Shown one piece after another: positions 10,557 through 26,162 of a stretch of DNA of 64,000 nt. The notes beneath the pieces are model-generated. The model saw only the letters and a program-made list of their open reading frames with translations. It ran no database searches and had not been told where the DNA came from. Within the stretch, counting starts at the first letter, position 1; each line of letters starts with the position of its first letter. Source of the DNA: an uncultured Chloroflexia bacterium (lineage in GTDB: Bacteria > Chloroflexota > Limnocylindria > Limnocylindrales > CSP1-4); NCBI GenBank assembly GCA_963745295.1, contig CAVUWG010000003.1:611706-675705 (forward strand). The letters run 5' to 3'. The translations under genes were made by a program, and so were the position numbers.

Positions 10557-10778
10557 ATGATCGAGCCCGGCCGAGGGATGGCCTACGTCGCCCTCTTCTC
10601 GGAGATCGGCATCTCACTCCTGGTGACGACCCTGCTCGGCGTGCTGGTCGGCCGTTGGGCCGACGGGCAGCTCGGGACCCTCCCGGTCCTCACCTTGGTC
10701 GGCTTCTTCGCCGGCGCCGGGGCCGGGACCCTGATGATCTACAGACTGGTCAACCGGTTCCTGAAGACGATCGAATAG
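10557..10778 (+). CDS. AtpZ/AtpI family ATP synthase accessory protein
   Basis: Two TM helices with GRWADGQLGTLP motif; first gene of the atp operon; TGATATACT extended -10 upstream (~10524). Confidence 0.85.
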   Translation: MIEPGRGMAYVALFSEIGISLLVTTLLGVLVGRWADGQLGTLPVLTLVGFFAGAGAGTLMIYRLVNRFLKTIE

Positions 10779-10869
10779 CCGGTCTCTTTCGCGACCGGTC
10801 AGGGAGGATGCGAGCGCGGCGTCGAGCCGCGCTCCTGTGTGTGGAGCAAGCGTGTCGAGCGAGCAGGTC

Positions 10870-11889
10870 GTGACCGACGAGGTCCCCCAGGCCCCCGAAC
10901 CGCAGCCGAAGCGCGGCCGCGGTCTGTCGGCGCGCTGGTTCACGCTCATCGGCGCCGTGATCGTCCTGAACATCGTGGCGCTCATCCTCGTGCCACCGTT
11001 CCCGCGCGAAGGCGTCCCGGGTGACGCATGTGCCTTCCCGGTGTGCTTCATCGAGGGCACGCTCGAGTTCCCCGCCCCGCACGTCGTGTGGGCGCCGGAA
11101 GGCTCGACGGCGCCCGCCGCCTCCGAACTGATCACGTTCTATCCGAGCATCAGCTCGACGATCTTCACGATGTGGATCGTCATGGCCGTCGTGTTCATCG
11201 GGGCATTCCTGATGGTCCGTGGCTCCAAGCTCATCCCGCGCCGGGGCCAGAACGTGTTCGAGTGGTTCTACGAGTTCCTGAGCGACTTCGGTCTTGGCAT
11301 CGCCGGTCCGACCGCGCGGCCGTACATCCCGCTGTTCGTCGCGTTCTTCCTGCTCATCCTGTTCTCGAACTGGAGCGGGCTGATCCCGCCGGTCGGACGG
11401 ATCCACGAACTGCGGGCCCCGACGAGCGACGTGAACGTCACGCTCGGGCTCGCGCTGGTCAGCTTCGTCTACTTCGAGTTCCAGGGATTCCGGCGCCTCG
11501 GGGTGCGCGGCTACCTCGGGAAGTTCTTCCCGATCTACGAGTTCAAGAACGGGATCGCCGCCGGTGGCATCGCGATGTTCGTGGGCCTCGTCGAGCTCAT
11601 GCTCGAGTTCGTCAAGCCCATCACGCTCTCGATGCGCCTCTTCGGCAACATCTACGGTGGCGAGGTCGCGCTCGGCGTGATCACCGCGCTGACCATCGCG
11701 ATCATCCCCGTCGGCCTGCTCGGCCTGGAAGTGATGCTGAACGCGATCCAGGCCCTCATCTTCAGCATCCTGACGCTCATGTTCATCGTGCTCGCGATCG
11801 AGAGCCACGACCACGAGGAGGGTCACGTCGCCGAGGAAGCGATGGACGCCATCCATGGGACGGAGCCTGCGCTCCAACCCGCCCACTGA
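10870..11889 (+). CDS. atpB: F0 ATP synthase subunit a
   Basis: APTSDVN, TLSMRLFGNI and AIQALIFSILT motifs. Confidence 0.95.
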   Translation: MTDEVPQAPEPQPKRGRGLSARWFTLIGAVIVLNIVALILVPPFPREGVPGDACAFPVCFIEGTLEFPAPHVVWAPEGSTAPAASELITFYPSISSTIFTMWIVMAVVFIGAFLMVRGSKLIPRRGQNVFEWFYEFLSDFGLGIAGPTARPYIPLFVAFFLLILFSNWSGLIPPVGRIHELRAPTSDVNVTLGLALVSFVYFEFQGFRRLGVRGYLGKFFPIYEFKNGIAAGGIAMFVGLVELMLEFVKPITLSMRLFGNIYGGEVALGVITALTIAIIPVGLLGLEVMLNAIQALIFSILTLMFIVLAIESHDHEEGHVAEEAMDAIHGTEPALQPAH

Positions 11890-11964
11890 TGCGCCACAGG
11901 GCGTAGCCCCAAACGGTCCCAAGGAGCCCGGGCCGCCGGCCCGGGAGTAGGAGGAACACACGAC

Positions 11965-12186
11965 ATGGATTACACAGGCGCCGGACTCGCAGCCCTCGGC
12001 GTGCTCGGGCCGGGCATCGGCATCGGCATCCTGGGCGGCCTGGCCGCCACGGCCATCGGGCGCAACCCTGATGCGGCCGGACAGATCCGCGGCATCGCGA
12101 TCATCCTCGCGGCCTTCGCCGAGGGCCTCGGCGTCCTCGCGATCGTCGTCGGCCTGCTCGCGATCTTCATCCAGCCCACCGCCTAG
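11965..12186 (+). CDS. atpE: F0 ATP synthase subunit c
   Basis: GPGIGIG, GRNP loop, conserved Glu in FAEGL; GGAGG RBS. Confidence 0.95.
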   Translation: MDYTGAGLAALGVLGPGIGIGILGGLAATAIGRNPDAAGQIRGIAIILAAFAEGLGVLAIVVGLLAIFIQPTA

Positions 12187-12210
12187 CCGACCCAGCACGG
12201 AGTAGGCATC

Positions 12211-12783
12211 GTGGACTTCCTCGCCGTCGCGTCCGGGTTCGGGCGGGACACCGTCCAGCTCGCCACCGAAGAGGGTGGTGCGGCGCTGTTCCAGGTCAAC
12301 CTGTTCTGGGTGATCGTCAGCGCACTGAACTTCATCCTCTTCTTCGCGCTGATCTGGTCGTTCGCGTTGAAGCCGGTCTCGAAGATGCTCGCGGACCGCA
12401 AGGAGCGGATCGAGCAGGGCCTCAAGGATGCGGAACAGGCGCGCCGTGACCGCGAGAACGCGGAGACGGAGCGCGTGGCTGCCCTGACCGAGGCCCGCCG
12501 CGAGGCGAACGAGATCATCACCAAGGCCCAGAAGGTCGCCCAGGAGACCCGGGACGCGGACATCGCCGCGACCCGCGAGGAACTGGAACGCATCCGCGTC
12601 CGGGCGGCCTCCGACATCGACGCGGAGAAGCAGCGGGCGATCGCCGAGTTGCGCGCGGAGGTCGCCGACCTGGCCCTTGCCGCCGCGAGTCGCGTGGTGG
12701 GCGAATCGATGAACGACGACCGCCAGCGTCGCCTCGTCGAGGAGTTCCTGGCCGAGGCGGCCGTGGACGGGTCGAAGAACTGA
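12211..12783 (+). CDS. atpF: F0 ATP synthase subunit b
   Basis: N-terminal TM followed by charged coiled coil; operon position. Confidence 0.93.
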   Translation: MDFLAVASGFGRDTVQLATEEGGAALFQVNLFWVIVSALNFILFFALIWSFALKPVSKMLADRKERIEQGLKDAEQARRDRENAETERVAALTEARREANEIITKAQKVAQETRDADIAATREELERIRVRAASDIDAEKQRAIAELRAEVADLALAAASRVVGESMNDDRQRRLVEEFLAEAAVDGSKN

Positions 12784-13331
12784 TGGCGGCCCGCCGGGAC
12801 ACGGCCGCACGACGGTACGCGGAGGCCGCGTCCGAGATCGCCATGCGCGACGGGACCGTCGAGGTGTGGCGCTCGGAGCTCGACATGGCCGGTGCCGTCG
12901 TCGAGGACCCCGCGGTCGCGCGCATCCTCGCCAACCCGGCGGTCACGCTCGAGAGCCGTGATGCGATGGTCGACTCGGCCATCGGCCCGATCGTCTCGGG
13001 TCCGGTCCTCAACCTCGTGAAGCTCATGCTCCGGCGTGGCCGGATCGAACAGCTGCCCCAGGTCGCCGCCGAGTTTCGCCGCCTCGACAACGCCCGCAAG
13101 GGCATCGTCCCTGCCACCGCCACCACGGCCAGCGCGCTCAGCCAGGACGAGGTCCGGGCGTTGGTGGCTCGACTCGAACAGATGACCGGCACTCGCATCG
13201 AGCTCGATCTCCAGGTCGATCCCAGCCTGCTGGGTGGCCTGGTGGTCCGCGTCGGCGATCGCATGATCGACGGGAGCGTCCGGGGCCGCCTCGAGCGGCT
13301 GCGTAACCAGCTCGTCTCAGGCGCCCTCTAG
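12783..13331 (+). CDS. atpH: F1 ATP synthase subunit delta
   Basis: ARRYAEA and [26 protein letters not shown] motifs. Confidence 0.95.
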   Translation: MAARRDTAARRYAEAASEIAMRDGTVEVWRSELDMAGAVVEDPAVARILANPAVTLESRDAMVDSAIGPIVSGPVLNLVKLMLRRGRIEQLPQVAAEFRRLDNARKGIVPATATTASALSQDEVRALVARLEQMTGTRIELDLQVDPSLLGGLVVRVGDRMIDGSVRGRLERLRNQLVSGAL

Positions 13332-13342
13332 GAGATCCACTC

Positions 13343-14875
<1,533 letters not shown>

Positions 14876-14907
14876 TGCGCGCGTCACTCGGCCGCTAAGG
14901 ACTACGC

Positions 14908-15759
14908 ATGGCTTCTCAAAGGGACATCCGCCGCCGGATCGGGGCGGTCAAGAACATCAAGCAGATCACGCGGGCGATGCAGTTCGTCGCCGCATCGAAG
15001 CTCAAGCGCGCCCAGGACGCGACGCTGGCGGCGCGGCCATACAGCGAGAAGCTCGACGAGGTCCTGGCCGACCTCGCGTCGGTCCTCGGCGGCGAGGATC
15101 ACCCGCTGCTGGCGACCCCGGAGGGCGGCAAGCGCCTGGTCGTGCTCATCACGACCGACCGCCCGCTGGCCGGGCCGCTCAACACCAACATCGTGCGGTT
15201 CGTTGCCCGCGACATCATCGACAAGTCCGGCGATCTCGCGTTGATCACCGTGGGACGCAAGGGTCGCGACGCGATGCGCCGCGCCGGCGTCCCGATCGAG
15301 GCCCACTTCCCGACCTTCGGCGACCGGCCGAGCTTCGCCGATGTCCTGCCGCTGGCACGTCTCGTCAGTGACGACTTCCTGGCCCGCAAGTACACGCGTG
15401 TTGACGTCGTCTTCAGCCGCTTCGTCTCGACGCTGGTCCAGCGGCCGGAGAACGACTCGATCCTGCCGATCGAACCGTCCGAGGACACGGAGGGGATCCC
15501 CGGCAACCAGTTCATCTTCGAGCCCAGCGCGTCGACCGTGCTGGAGCGACTGCTGCCACGCTACGTCGCGACACGCCTCTACCAGGCCGTCCTGGAAGCG
15601 AAGGCCAGCGAGGAGTCCAGTCGGATGGTCGCGATGAAGAACGCGACCGAGAACGCCGAAGACCTCATCGAGGACCTGACGATCTCCTACAACAAGGTCC
15701 GTCAGGCCAATATCACCCGCGAGATGATCGAGATCGCGTCCGGCGCCAACGCCCGCTGA
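14908..15759 (+). CDS. atpG: F1 ATP synthase subunit gamma
   Basis: IKQITRAM, SRMVAMKNAT and YNKVRQANITRE motifs. Confidence 0.97.
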   Translation: MASQRDIRRRIGAVKNIKQITRAMQFVAASKLKRAQDATLAARPYSEKLDEVLADLASVLGGEDHPLLATPEGGKRLVVLITTDRPLAGPLNTNIVRFVARDIIDKSGDLALITVGRKGRDAMRRAGVPIEAHFPTFGDRPSFADVLPLARLVSDDFLARKYTRVDVVFSRFVSTLVQRPENDSILPIEPSEDTEGIPGNQFIFEPSASTVLERLLPRYVATRLYQAVLEAKASEESSRMVAMKNATENAEDLIEDLTISYNKVRQANITREMIEIASGANAR

Positions 15760-17202
<1,443 letters not shown>

Positions 17203-17205
17203 CCG

Positions 17206-17639
17206 ATGCCGCTGTTGCTCGAGATCGTCACGCCGGAGCGGCTGGCCTACTCGGACACGGTCGATTCGGTCGTCCTGCCCGGGCGTCGAGGGCGAGCTCG
17301 GCGTCCTGCCCCACCACGCGCCGCTCGTCTCGATGCTGGGCGTCGGCGAGCTGCGCATCCGCAAGGGTGGCGCCGAGGAGTCGTTCGCCATCGTCGGCGG
17401 CTTCCTCCAGGTCCGCCCGGACAAGGTCGTCGTGATGGCCGAGACCGCCGACATGGCCTGCGAGATCGACCTCGAGAAGGCCCAGGAGGCCCGCCGGGAG
17501 GCGGAGCGGGCGCTCGAGCGGGTACCAGCGGCGAGCCGGCCGACCTGGCGGCCGCGCGCGCGCCCAGCTCCAGCAGGCGCTGCTGCGGATCCGCGTCGCC
17601 GAGCGCCGCCACCGGGAGGGTCCGCGGCACCGCGGATGA
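17206..17639 (+). CDS. atpC: F1 ATP synthase subunit epsilon (apparent frameshifts)
   Basis: LEIVTPER, GELGVLPHHAPL, GGFLQVRPDKVVVMAE and ALLRIRVA spread over different frames. Confidence 0.88.
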
Positions 17640-19013
17640 GCGCTCGCCGTGGCTGACGCACGACCGTTCCACTGGGAGTACCGGCCGGAGCCCGTCGGCT
17701 CGAGAGCTCTTCCGGGTCGAGGGCGGCCGGCCGCTGAACGGCACGGTGCCCGATCAGCGGCGCCAAGAACGCCGCGCTCAAGCTGCTGGCCGCGGCGACG
17801 CTGACCGGTGAGCGCTGCCGCTTCACGAACGTGCCCGAGATCGAGGACGTGCGGGTCATGGCCGAGACGCTCGCGCGACCTCGGGCGTCGTCGTCGACCA
17901 TCCGGAGCCGAACACCTACGAGATCGCCGTCGGGCGACGTCGAGTGGCTGTTCGTGCCGCTCGAGGCCGCGGCCAAGATGCGCGCCAGCTTCATCCTGCT
18001 CGGGCCCGCTGCTGGCCCGCTTCGGGCGGGTCATCATCAGCAACCCCGGCGGCGACCGGATCGGCCGGCGGCCGGTCGACCTGCACGTCGATGCGATGCG
18101 GGCGCTGGGCGCCGAGATCGACTACCGGAACGGCTACTACTTCGCGACCGCGCCCGGGCCGGCTGCGCGGCGGCCGAGGTCCGCTTCCCGTTCGTCTCGG
18201 TCATGGGCACCGAGAACGCGATGCTCGCCGCGACGCTCGCCGAGGGCCACACCGTCATCCGCCCGGCGGCCCAGGAGCCCGAGGTCGACGACCTCATCGC
18301 GTTCCTGCGCAAGATGGGCGCCGACGGTCGAGCGGACCGCGCCCGGACACGATCGAGATCGAGGGCCGCAAGCGCCTGCGCGGCGCGGAGCACCGGGTCA
18401 TCCCGGACCGGATCGAGGCCGGCACGTTCATCGTCGCGGCGGCCGTCACGGGCGGCAAGGTCACGCTCGAGGGCGCGCCGTGCGACGCACCTCGGGGCGT
18501 TCCTCGAGCGTCCTCGGGCGGGTCGGGCGTCGGCGTCGCCTGCGGCACGCGACACGATCGAGGTCGACGGCGACGGCCCTGCGCGGCGGCGGCTTCCGGG
18601 CGATGCGACATCGAGACCGCCCCGTATCCGGGTCTGGCCACGGACCTCCAGCCGCCGACGTGCGTGCTGCTGACCCAGGCCGACGGCACGTCGCACGTCC
18701 ACGAGGCGATCTTCGAGGACCGCCTCGAGTGGCTGGCCGAGCTGCGCAGGATGGGCGCCGAGGTCGAGATCGCACGACGCCCACCACGCGACGATCACGG
18801 GCCGGCGCGCGCTCCACGGCGCGGAGGTGGAGATCGGCGACCTGCGCGCCGGCGCGTCGCTGATCCTCGCCGCCCTGGCGGCCGAGGGCACGATCGACGA
18901 TCCACGGCGCGCACCACGTTCACCGGGGCTATGAGAACATCGAGCGGCAAGTTCGTGGATCTCGGCGCCAGGATCGAGCGCCTCGCGGAAGGGAACGACA
19001 CGTCACCAGCCTC

Positions 19014-19017
<4 letters not shown>
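17636..19017 (+). CDS. murA: UDP-N-acetylglucosamine 1-carboxyvinyltransferase (many apparent frameshifts; start approximate)
   Basis: [58 protein letters not shown] and HRGYE fragments across frames. Confidence 0.9.
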
Positions 19018-20810
<1,793 letters not shown>

Positions 20811-20835
20811 GCCGAGCCGCCAGGACCATCGGCCG

Positions 20836-22014
20836 ATGGCCGACGCACCGGCCGAGCCGTACCGCCGGACGCCACGGAGGCGAGCCCCAGCTCCGACCCG
20901 CGAGCCGCGCGGCGCCAGCGAGCGCCCAGCGCCGCCCGAGCTCGGCGGCCGACTCGACGCGAGGTCACGCCGACCAGCTCTCGCTCGGGCGCCGCCTGCG
21001 CCAGCCGCGGACGATCATCTCGATCGCTGATCCCGCTCGCGTCATCGCCGTCTTCGTGTGCCTCAACGGCTCGACAGCTCGCCACGGTCCCGAGCTCGAT
21101 CCTCGGCCGCCAACCCGGCTGCTGCTGCTCGCCGCGTTCGTCGTCTACTACCTCGGCTTCCCGCTGCGCGGGCTGCGCTGGGCGCTGCTCCTGCGCGGGC
21201 GGGTTCCAGCATCGGCGTCCGCGACTCGACCGAGATCATCTTCCTGTCGTGGCTCGTCAACTGCCTCGTGCCCGGCCAAGCTCGGCGACATCTACCGCGC
21301 CTACCTGCTCAAGATCAACGCACCGGTCTCGCTGAGCCGGACGTTCGGCACGGTGTTCATCGAGCGCGTCCTCGACCTGTTCGCGATCGCGATGCTCGGG
21401 CCTCGCGGCCGGCTTCTGGAGCTTCCGCGAGCGGGCTGCCGCCGGAGATCCAGTTCGTGTTCGGCGCTCGGCATCGTCGTGGTCGTGGTCGCTCGGCCTC
21501 GGCCTGCTCACGCTGCGCAACTTCGGGCGCCGGATCATCGTCGCGCTGCCGCTGCCGCACCGGGTCCTCGAGTTCTACGACCGGTTCGAGGAGGGCGTGT
21601 TCTCGATCGAGCGCGCGCACGCTGCCGGGCCTCGTCGGTCCTGACCGGGCTCATCTGGACGACCGAGGCGCTGCGGCTGTAGCTCGTCGTCCAGGCGCTC
21701 GGCTTCCCGACGTCGACCTCGGGCATCACCGGCGCGTTCTTCGTCGCGCTCATCGGGTCGCTGCTGACCGCGGTGCCGCTCAGCCCGGCCGGCCTGGGCA
21801 TCGTCGAGGCCGGGCATGGTCGGCATCCTGACGGTCGCCTACGGCGTGCCGCTGCCCGAGGCCACCGCGATCGCGCTCGTCGACCGCGCGATCAGCGTGT
21901 TCTCGATCATCGTCTTCGGCTCGATCCTGTACGTGGTCTCGCCCAAGCCGCGCGGCAAGGGCCTGCACGAGCCGGTCGAGCCCGCCCGGCACCGACGCCG
22001 CTGCGGGCGCCTGA
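20836..22014 (+). CDS. Lysylphosphatidylglycerol synthase TM / flippase-like (UPF0104) membrane protein (frameshifted; ends approximate)
   Basis: RGLRWALLL, PAKLGDIYRAYLL, GTVFIERVLD, PLSPAGLGIVEAG and ALVDRAIS motifs. Confidence 0.8.
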
Positions 22015-22258
22015 CGCACGGCCGTCCACGGTCCGCGCGGGCCGCACCGGACGTCGACGGGGACGTACCCTCGCCGGAGGGAGGCTCACGCCTCACGCCC
22101 GCACCCTGCACGACCGCACCAGACCTCCCGGCTGCGCGACGCGTCTGGAGCGCACCGCGCGGTACCAACGGGTGATAAGGACGCCGGCGCGCTCACCGAT
22201 AGCTGCGGTCATCGCGCACGCACCCAGCGCGGACGACCTACGGAGCGCCCAGGCGAGC

Positions 22259-22630
22259 ATGACGACCCAGAACGGCCGAGCATTCAACGAGTGGCTGCGA
22301 GCCCAGCTCAAGGCCAAGAAGATGTCCCAGCGCCAGCTTGCGCAGCAGTCGGGTGTCGACCACTCGACGATCTCCCGGCTGATCCGCGGCGACCGGATGC
22401 CGTCGCTCGGGACCGCCACCAAGCTGGCCCGCGGGCTGCGCGAGATCCGCGACGACGCCGACACCGCGCCGTACCTCGGGCGTCGTGGCGGTCGGGCCGC
22501 AGAACCCGACGGCGCGCGTCGAGTACGCGCTCCGCGCCGACGAGGCGCTGACCGAGCCGCAGGTCCGCCAGATCATGGAGTACTACCTCGCCGTCCGGAT
22601 GCGCCGCTTCGGCGCGCCTACTCCAGCCGG
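22259..22630 (+). CDS. XRE-family helix-turn-helix regulator (frameshift near 22480; end approximate)
   Basis: MSQRQLAQQSGVDHSTISRLIRGDRMPS, continuing as PTARVEYALRADEAL in another frame. Confidence 0.82.
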
Positions 22631-22829
22631 CCGAGCCGAACGACCAGCGCGGCAGCGAGCGGCCGGGCGGCGCCGCACGCGTCGGGCCGCCGATCGATGG
22701 GCTCCGGCCGCCGCGGCGCCAGCGGCCTCGGCACCCCGGCGTCGGCGCTCGCGCTCGGCGTCCAGACCGCGCCGTCCGCGCGGCCGCCGGCCCGGGGCAG
22801 GCCGCTACTAGAGCACTTCACCAGGGCAC

Positions 22830-22897
22830 GACCCGGACCGCCCTCCACGGTCCGGGTCTCGGGGACAGCGAACGCCGGTCTGGGGGCCGGCGTTCGC
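22830..22897. terminator. Two tandem GC-rich hairpins between convergent genes
   Basis: GACCCGGACCG-N7-CGGTCCGGGTC (22830-22858) and GCGAACGCCGG-N8-CCGGCGTTCGC (22868-22897). Confidence 0.6.
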
Positions 22898-22907
22898 GAT
22901 TCCCGGC

Positions 22908-24560
22908 TCAAGGCGCCGACTGCCGGGTCCGGTAGACGGAGACCGACGTCGCCGGGGGCCGGCCTCGAACCGGTCGCACTAGCGTCGACGCGGTCGAGCG
23001 CCCGGGCGTGGTCGGCGCAGCCACGCGTCCTCGGCCGGTCCGCCGCACGGCGGCGCCGATCGACGTCGTCGAACAGCGGGTCGCACACGAACACGAGGGT
23101 CGCGCCGGCCGACGTCGCCGGAGCGCTGATCGCGCGACGGGGGCGTCCCGGCCGCTCGAGCGGGAAGCGCGAGCGCGTCGGCGTTCTTGAAGAGCGGCAG
23201 CCTGAGCGGATCGTCGTCGGTCGCCGGTCGTCGCCGCGCCGATCCGGGCGGCCGCCTCGGTCGGCGAGCGGCCAGCCGCCGTCCGGGTCCGCCGGCGGGC
23301 CAGCGGCAGACGCGCGAGGACGAGGCCGACGAGCGCCACGACGATCGCGCCGGCCACGGCGAGCGGCGCCGCGTCGGCTCGCGATCCGGCGGACTCGGCC
23401 CCGCGGGCGCGCCAGGCGCGCCAGGCGCCGCGAGGCCGATCCCGACCAGGACGAACACGATCGGGTCCAGGAACGCGTGGTAGTGGTCGTTCGGAAGCCC
23501 CGGGACGACGATCGCGAGGCTCGGTGGCCGCGACGGTCAGGAACGCCGCCGCCAGAGCACGCCGAGAACCAGCCAGCGCACGGCCGTGCGCTCGCCGAGC
23601 GTCCGCGGCTGCGCGATCGCCAGACCGAGGATCGAGACCGACGGCCCGAGCGCCAGCGACGGCGACGCCCGGCGAGTCGTGACGCAGGCCGGTCAGCGGC
23701 CACGAGACGACGCGGAGGCGCGACGATCGACGAAGCGGGTGCGAGCGGGACGCGTCGCCGGTCTCGCCACCGCGCTGCAGGTACTCGAGCGCTGCGCGGA
23801 TCTCGGCGAAGTCGGTCGCAGCTCGTAGACGAGGAGCGGGAGCGAACGACAGCGCGATGAGCGCGATGCCCGCGAGCCCGCACGCGGAGGACGGTCCGCG
23901 CGCTCGGCGCCGGCCGTCGGCGCGCGGCATCGGCGACGAGCAGCGCGCCGATGATCGGCAGCAGGGTCGACGCCCAGGACGTGGCACTGCATCGTGACGG
24001 CCGTGCCGAGCGCCGCGAGCAGCCACCAGCGGGCCCGGCCGGTCGACCAGGCGCGCCAGGCCCCGGCCAGGGCGACCGCGCTCGACAGCGCGATGAGGTT
24101 CGGGTTCCAGATGAACGTCGACTCCTCGATGGCGGACGCCGAGATCGCCATCAGGAGCCCGGCCACGAGCCCCGCGACCGGGCCCGCCGATCGACCGCGC
24201 GAGCCACCACGTGGCGGCCACCGCGGCGATCCCGAACAGCGCGATCTCGAGCGTGACCGCGAGCGGCGAGTCGCCGCCGGTCAGCGAGGCGGCCGGGGCG
24301 AGCAGGTAGTAGTAGAGGGCGCCGTGGTGGAACGTCGCCGATCGACGTCGGTGGTCCGAGGAGCGGCACGACGCCGTCGCGGACGAGCGCGCGGAGGACC
24401 AGCATGTCGTGGCCCTGGTCGGCGTCCCACGTGCCCGCGGTCGCGAGGCCGGGAGGCGCATGAGCGCGGCGAGCGCGAGGAGGCCGAGCAGGACGCGAGC
24501 CGCGACGGTCCGGCCGGCGAGCGCGGCCGCGTCGCCGGTCGGCCGGCGCGCGCTCGCGGA
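22908..24560 (-). CDS. GT39/ArnT-like (GT-C) membrane glycosyltransferase (heavily frameshifted; start approximate)
   Basis: WDADQGHDML, PLLGPPTSIG, HHGALYYYLLAP and STFIWNPN fragments. Confidence 0.7.
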   Translation of the reverse strand, partial: SASARRPTGDAAALAGRTVAARVLLGLLALAALMRLPASRPRARGTPTRATTCWSSARSSATASCRSSDHRRRSATFHHGALYYYLLAPAASLTGGDSPLAVTLEIALFGIAAVAATWWLARSIGGPGRGARGRAPDGDLGVRHRGVDVHLEPEPHRAVERGRPGRGLARLVDRPGPLVAARGARHGRHDAVPRPGRRPCCRSSARCSSPMPRADGRRRARGPSSACGLAGIALIALSFAPAPRLRAATDFAEIRAALEYLQRGGETGDASRSHPLRRSSRLRVVSWPLTGLRHDSPGVAVAGARAVGLDPRSGDRAAADARRAHGRALAGSRRALAAAFLTVAATEPRDRRPGASERPLPRVPGPDRVRPGRDRPRGAWRAWRARGAESAGSRADAAPLAVAGAIVVALVGLVLARLPLARRRTRTAAGRSPTEAAARIGAATTGDRRRSAQAAALQERRRARASRSSGRDAPVARSALRRRRPARPSCSCATRCSTTSIGAAVRRTGRGRVAAPTTPGRSTASTLVRPVRGRPPATSVSVYRTRQSAP

Positions 24561-25544
24561 CCGTCGCCGGCTCGGTGCGGGCTCGGCGCCGGCGGCCGGT
24601 CCGCGCCCGGCTGCCGCGCATCGTCATCGCCTCCGGCGGCAGCGTCGCCAGCGGCCGGCCGGCGGCGAGGTCGTAGGCCCGGGCCACGTTGACCGCGTCG
24701 TAGCCCTCGTCCATGCCGGGCGTCTCGAGGTAGTACGCGCGTGCCGCGAGGTCCGGGTGGGTGAGCAGCCGTGCCGAGCCCGGCGCGCGCCGATCCGGCC
24801 CGGCCCCGAGGTGCTCGTGGCGATCGAGCGCGAGCCCGCGCTCGGACTTCGAGTCGTTGAGGTGGACCATGACCAGCCGATCGAGCCCGATGTGGCGCGT
24901 CGAACTCGGCGAGGAAGGCGTCGACCGCCGTCGGGTCGTCGACAGGTCGACGCCGGCGCCCCAGGCGTGGGCCGTGTCGAGGCAGAAGCCGATCCGGCCG
25001 GTCGGCGACGCCGCGCGCCGCGATCGCCTCGGCGATGCCCGCGAGCTCCGTCGACGCTCGTGCCGAGGCCGAACCCGCCGCCGGACGAGTTCTCGAGCAC
25101 GAGCCGCGCGGCGTCGGGCGTGTCGTCGACCTCGGCAAGGATCCGCGCGACCGCATCGGCCAGGCGCGCCGTGCCCGCCGCGACGCGACGTGTCGCGATG
25201 CGACCCGATGTGGACGTTGACGAACCGTGCCTCGAAGCCGGGGCCGGCCCGGAGCTCGCTGCGTGAGCAGCCCGATGGACCGCTCGAAGAAGTCGGGCTC
25301 CGGGCCGGCGAGGTTGATCGAGGTACGACGCGTGGATCGCGACCGGCCCGATGTCTCGGGTGGCGAGCCGTTCGCGGAAGGCCGGCAGCTCGGCCGGTGG
25401 CTCGGCACGCCGGCGCCAGGCCGTCGGGTTGTCGCCGAAGATCTGCAGGGCGGTGGCCCCGATCTCGTGGGCCCGCTCGACGGCCTTCACCATGCCGGTC
25501 GCCAGGGGCAGGTGGGCACCGAGGCGTCGGCCGTCTGGAAGCAC
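24560..25544 (-). CDS. nfo: Endonuclease IV (frameshifted; 3' end approximate)
   Basis: LGAH, QIFGDNP, HASYL, VHIGSH, VLENSSG, CLDTAH, VHLNDSK, DRHEHLG and LETP motifs. Confidence 0.88.
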
Positions 25545-25546
25545 GG

Positions 25547-25564
25547 GCGCATCGTACGATGCGC
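25547..25564. promoter_or_regulatory. Perfect 18-bp palindrome with a TACGAT -10-like hexamer on both strands (bidirectional promoter / operator)
   Basis: GCGCATCGTACGATGCGC in the 26-bp gap between divergent nfo (GTG 25544) and the ArsR-DUF2087 gene (ATG 25571). Confidence 0.65.
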
Positions 25565-25570
25565 GGCGCC

Positions 25571-26146
25571 ATGGATCACGACCTGCTGACCGCGCTTCGG
25601 GCCCTGGCGGACCCGACCCGGCTGCGCATCGCGGGTCGGCTCGCAGCGCGGACCGGCGTCGAGGCCGAGCTGGCGGCGGAGCTTGACCTGCCGCCCGCCG
25701 CGGTCCGCCGCCAGCTGGCAAGCTCGTCGAGGCCGGGCTCGTGTCGGCGGGTGGCGGACGGGGGCCCGGCCGTGCGCCTCCGGCTCGAGGCCATCGGCGC
25801 CGTCGGGCCGACGCCTGGCGGAGCTCGAGCCGCGACGCGCGGGCGGACTCGGGGCCGCGGCGTCGGGCCGGCGCGGTGAGCCGCTGCCGACGGACGTCGC
25901 CCGTGTCCTGCGGGGCTTCTTCGAGGCCGATCGCCTGACGACGATCCCGGCCCGCGGGTCCAAGCGGCTCGTCGTCCTGCGCTACCTGCGGGACCGCATC
26001 TTCACCGAGGACCGCGCCGTACCCGGAGAAGGAGGTCAACCAGCGGTTGGCGATCTTCCACCCGGACGTCGCGTCGCTCCGCCGCTACATGGTCGATGAG
26101 GGGCTGCTGACCCGGGCCGACGGGCGAGTACCGGCGGCCGGGCTGA
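25571..26146 (+). CDS. ArsR-type HTH + DUF2087 domain protein (frameshifted)
   Basis: LRALADPTRLRIAG, then RLTTIPARGSKRLVVLRYL, YPEKEVNQRL and HPDVASLRRYMVDEGLL. Confidence 0.82.
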
Positions 26147-26162
26147 GCGGGCGCCGCCGCGG

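Noticed and set aside
11965-12186. Na+-coupled ATP synthase
   Set aside because: Subunit c has GPGIGIG and AEGLGVL and lacks the Gln, Ser/Thr and Tyr Na+ ligands, so H+ coupling is indicated.
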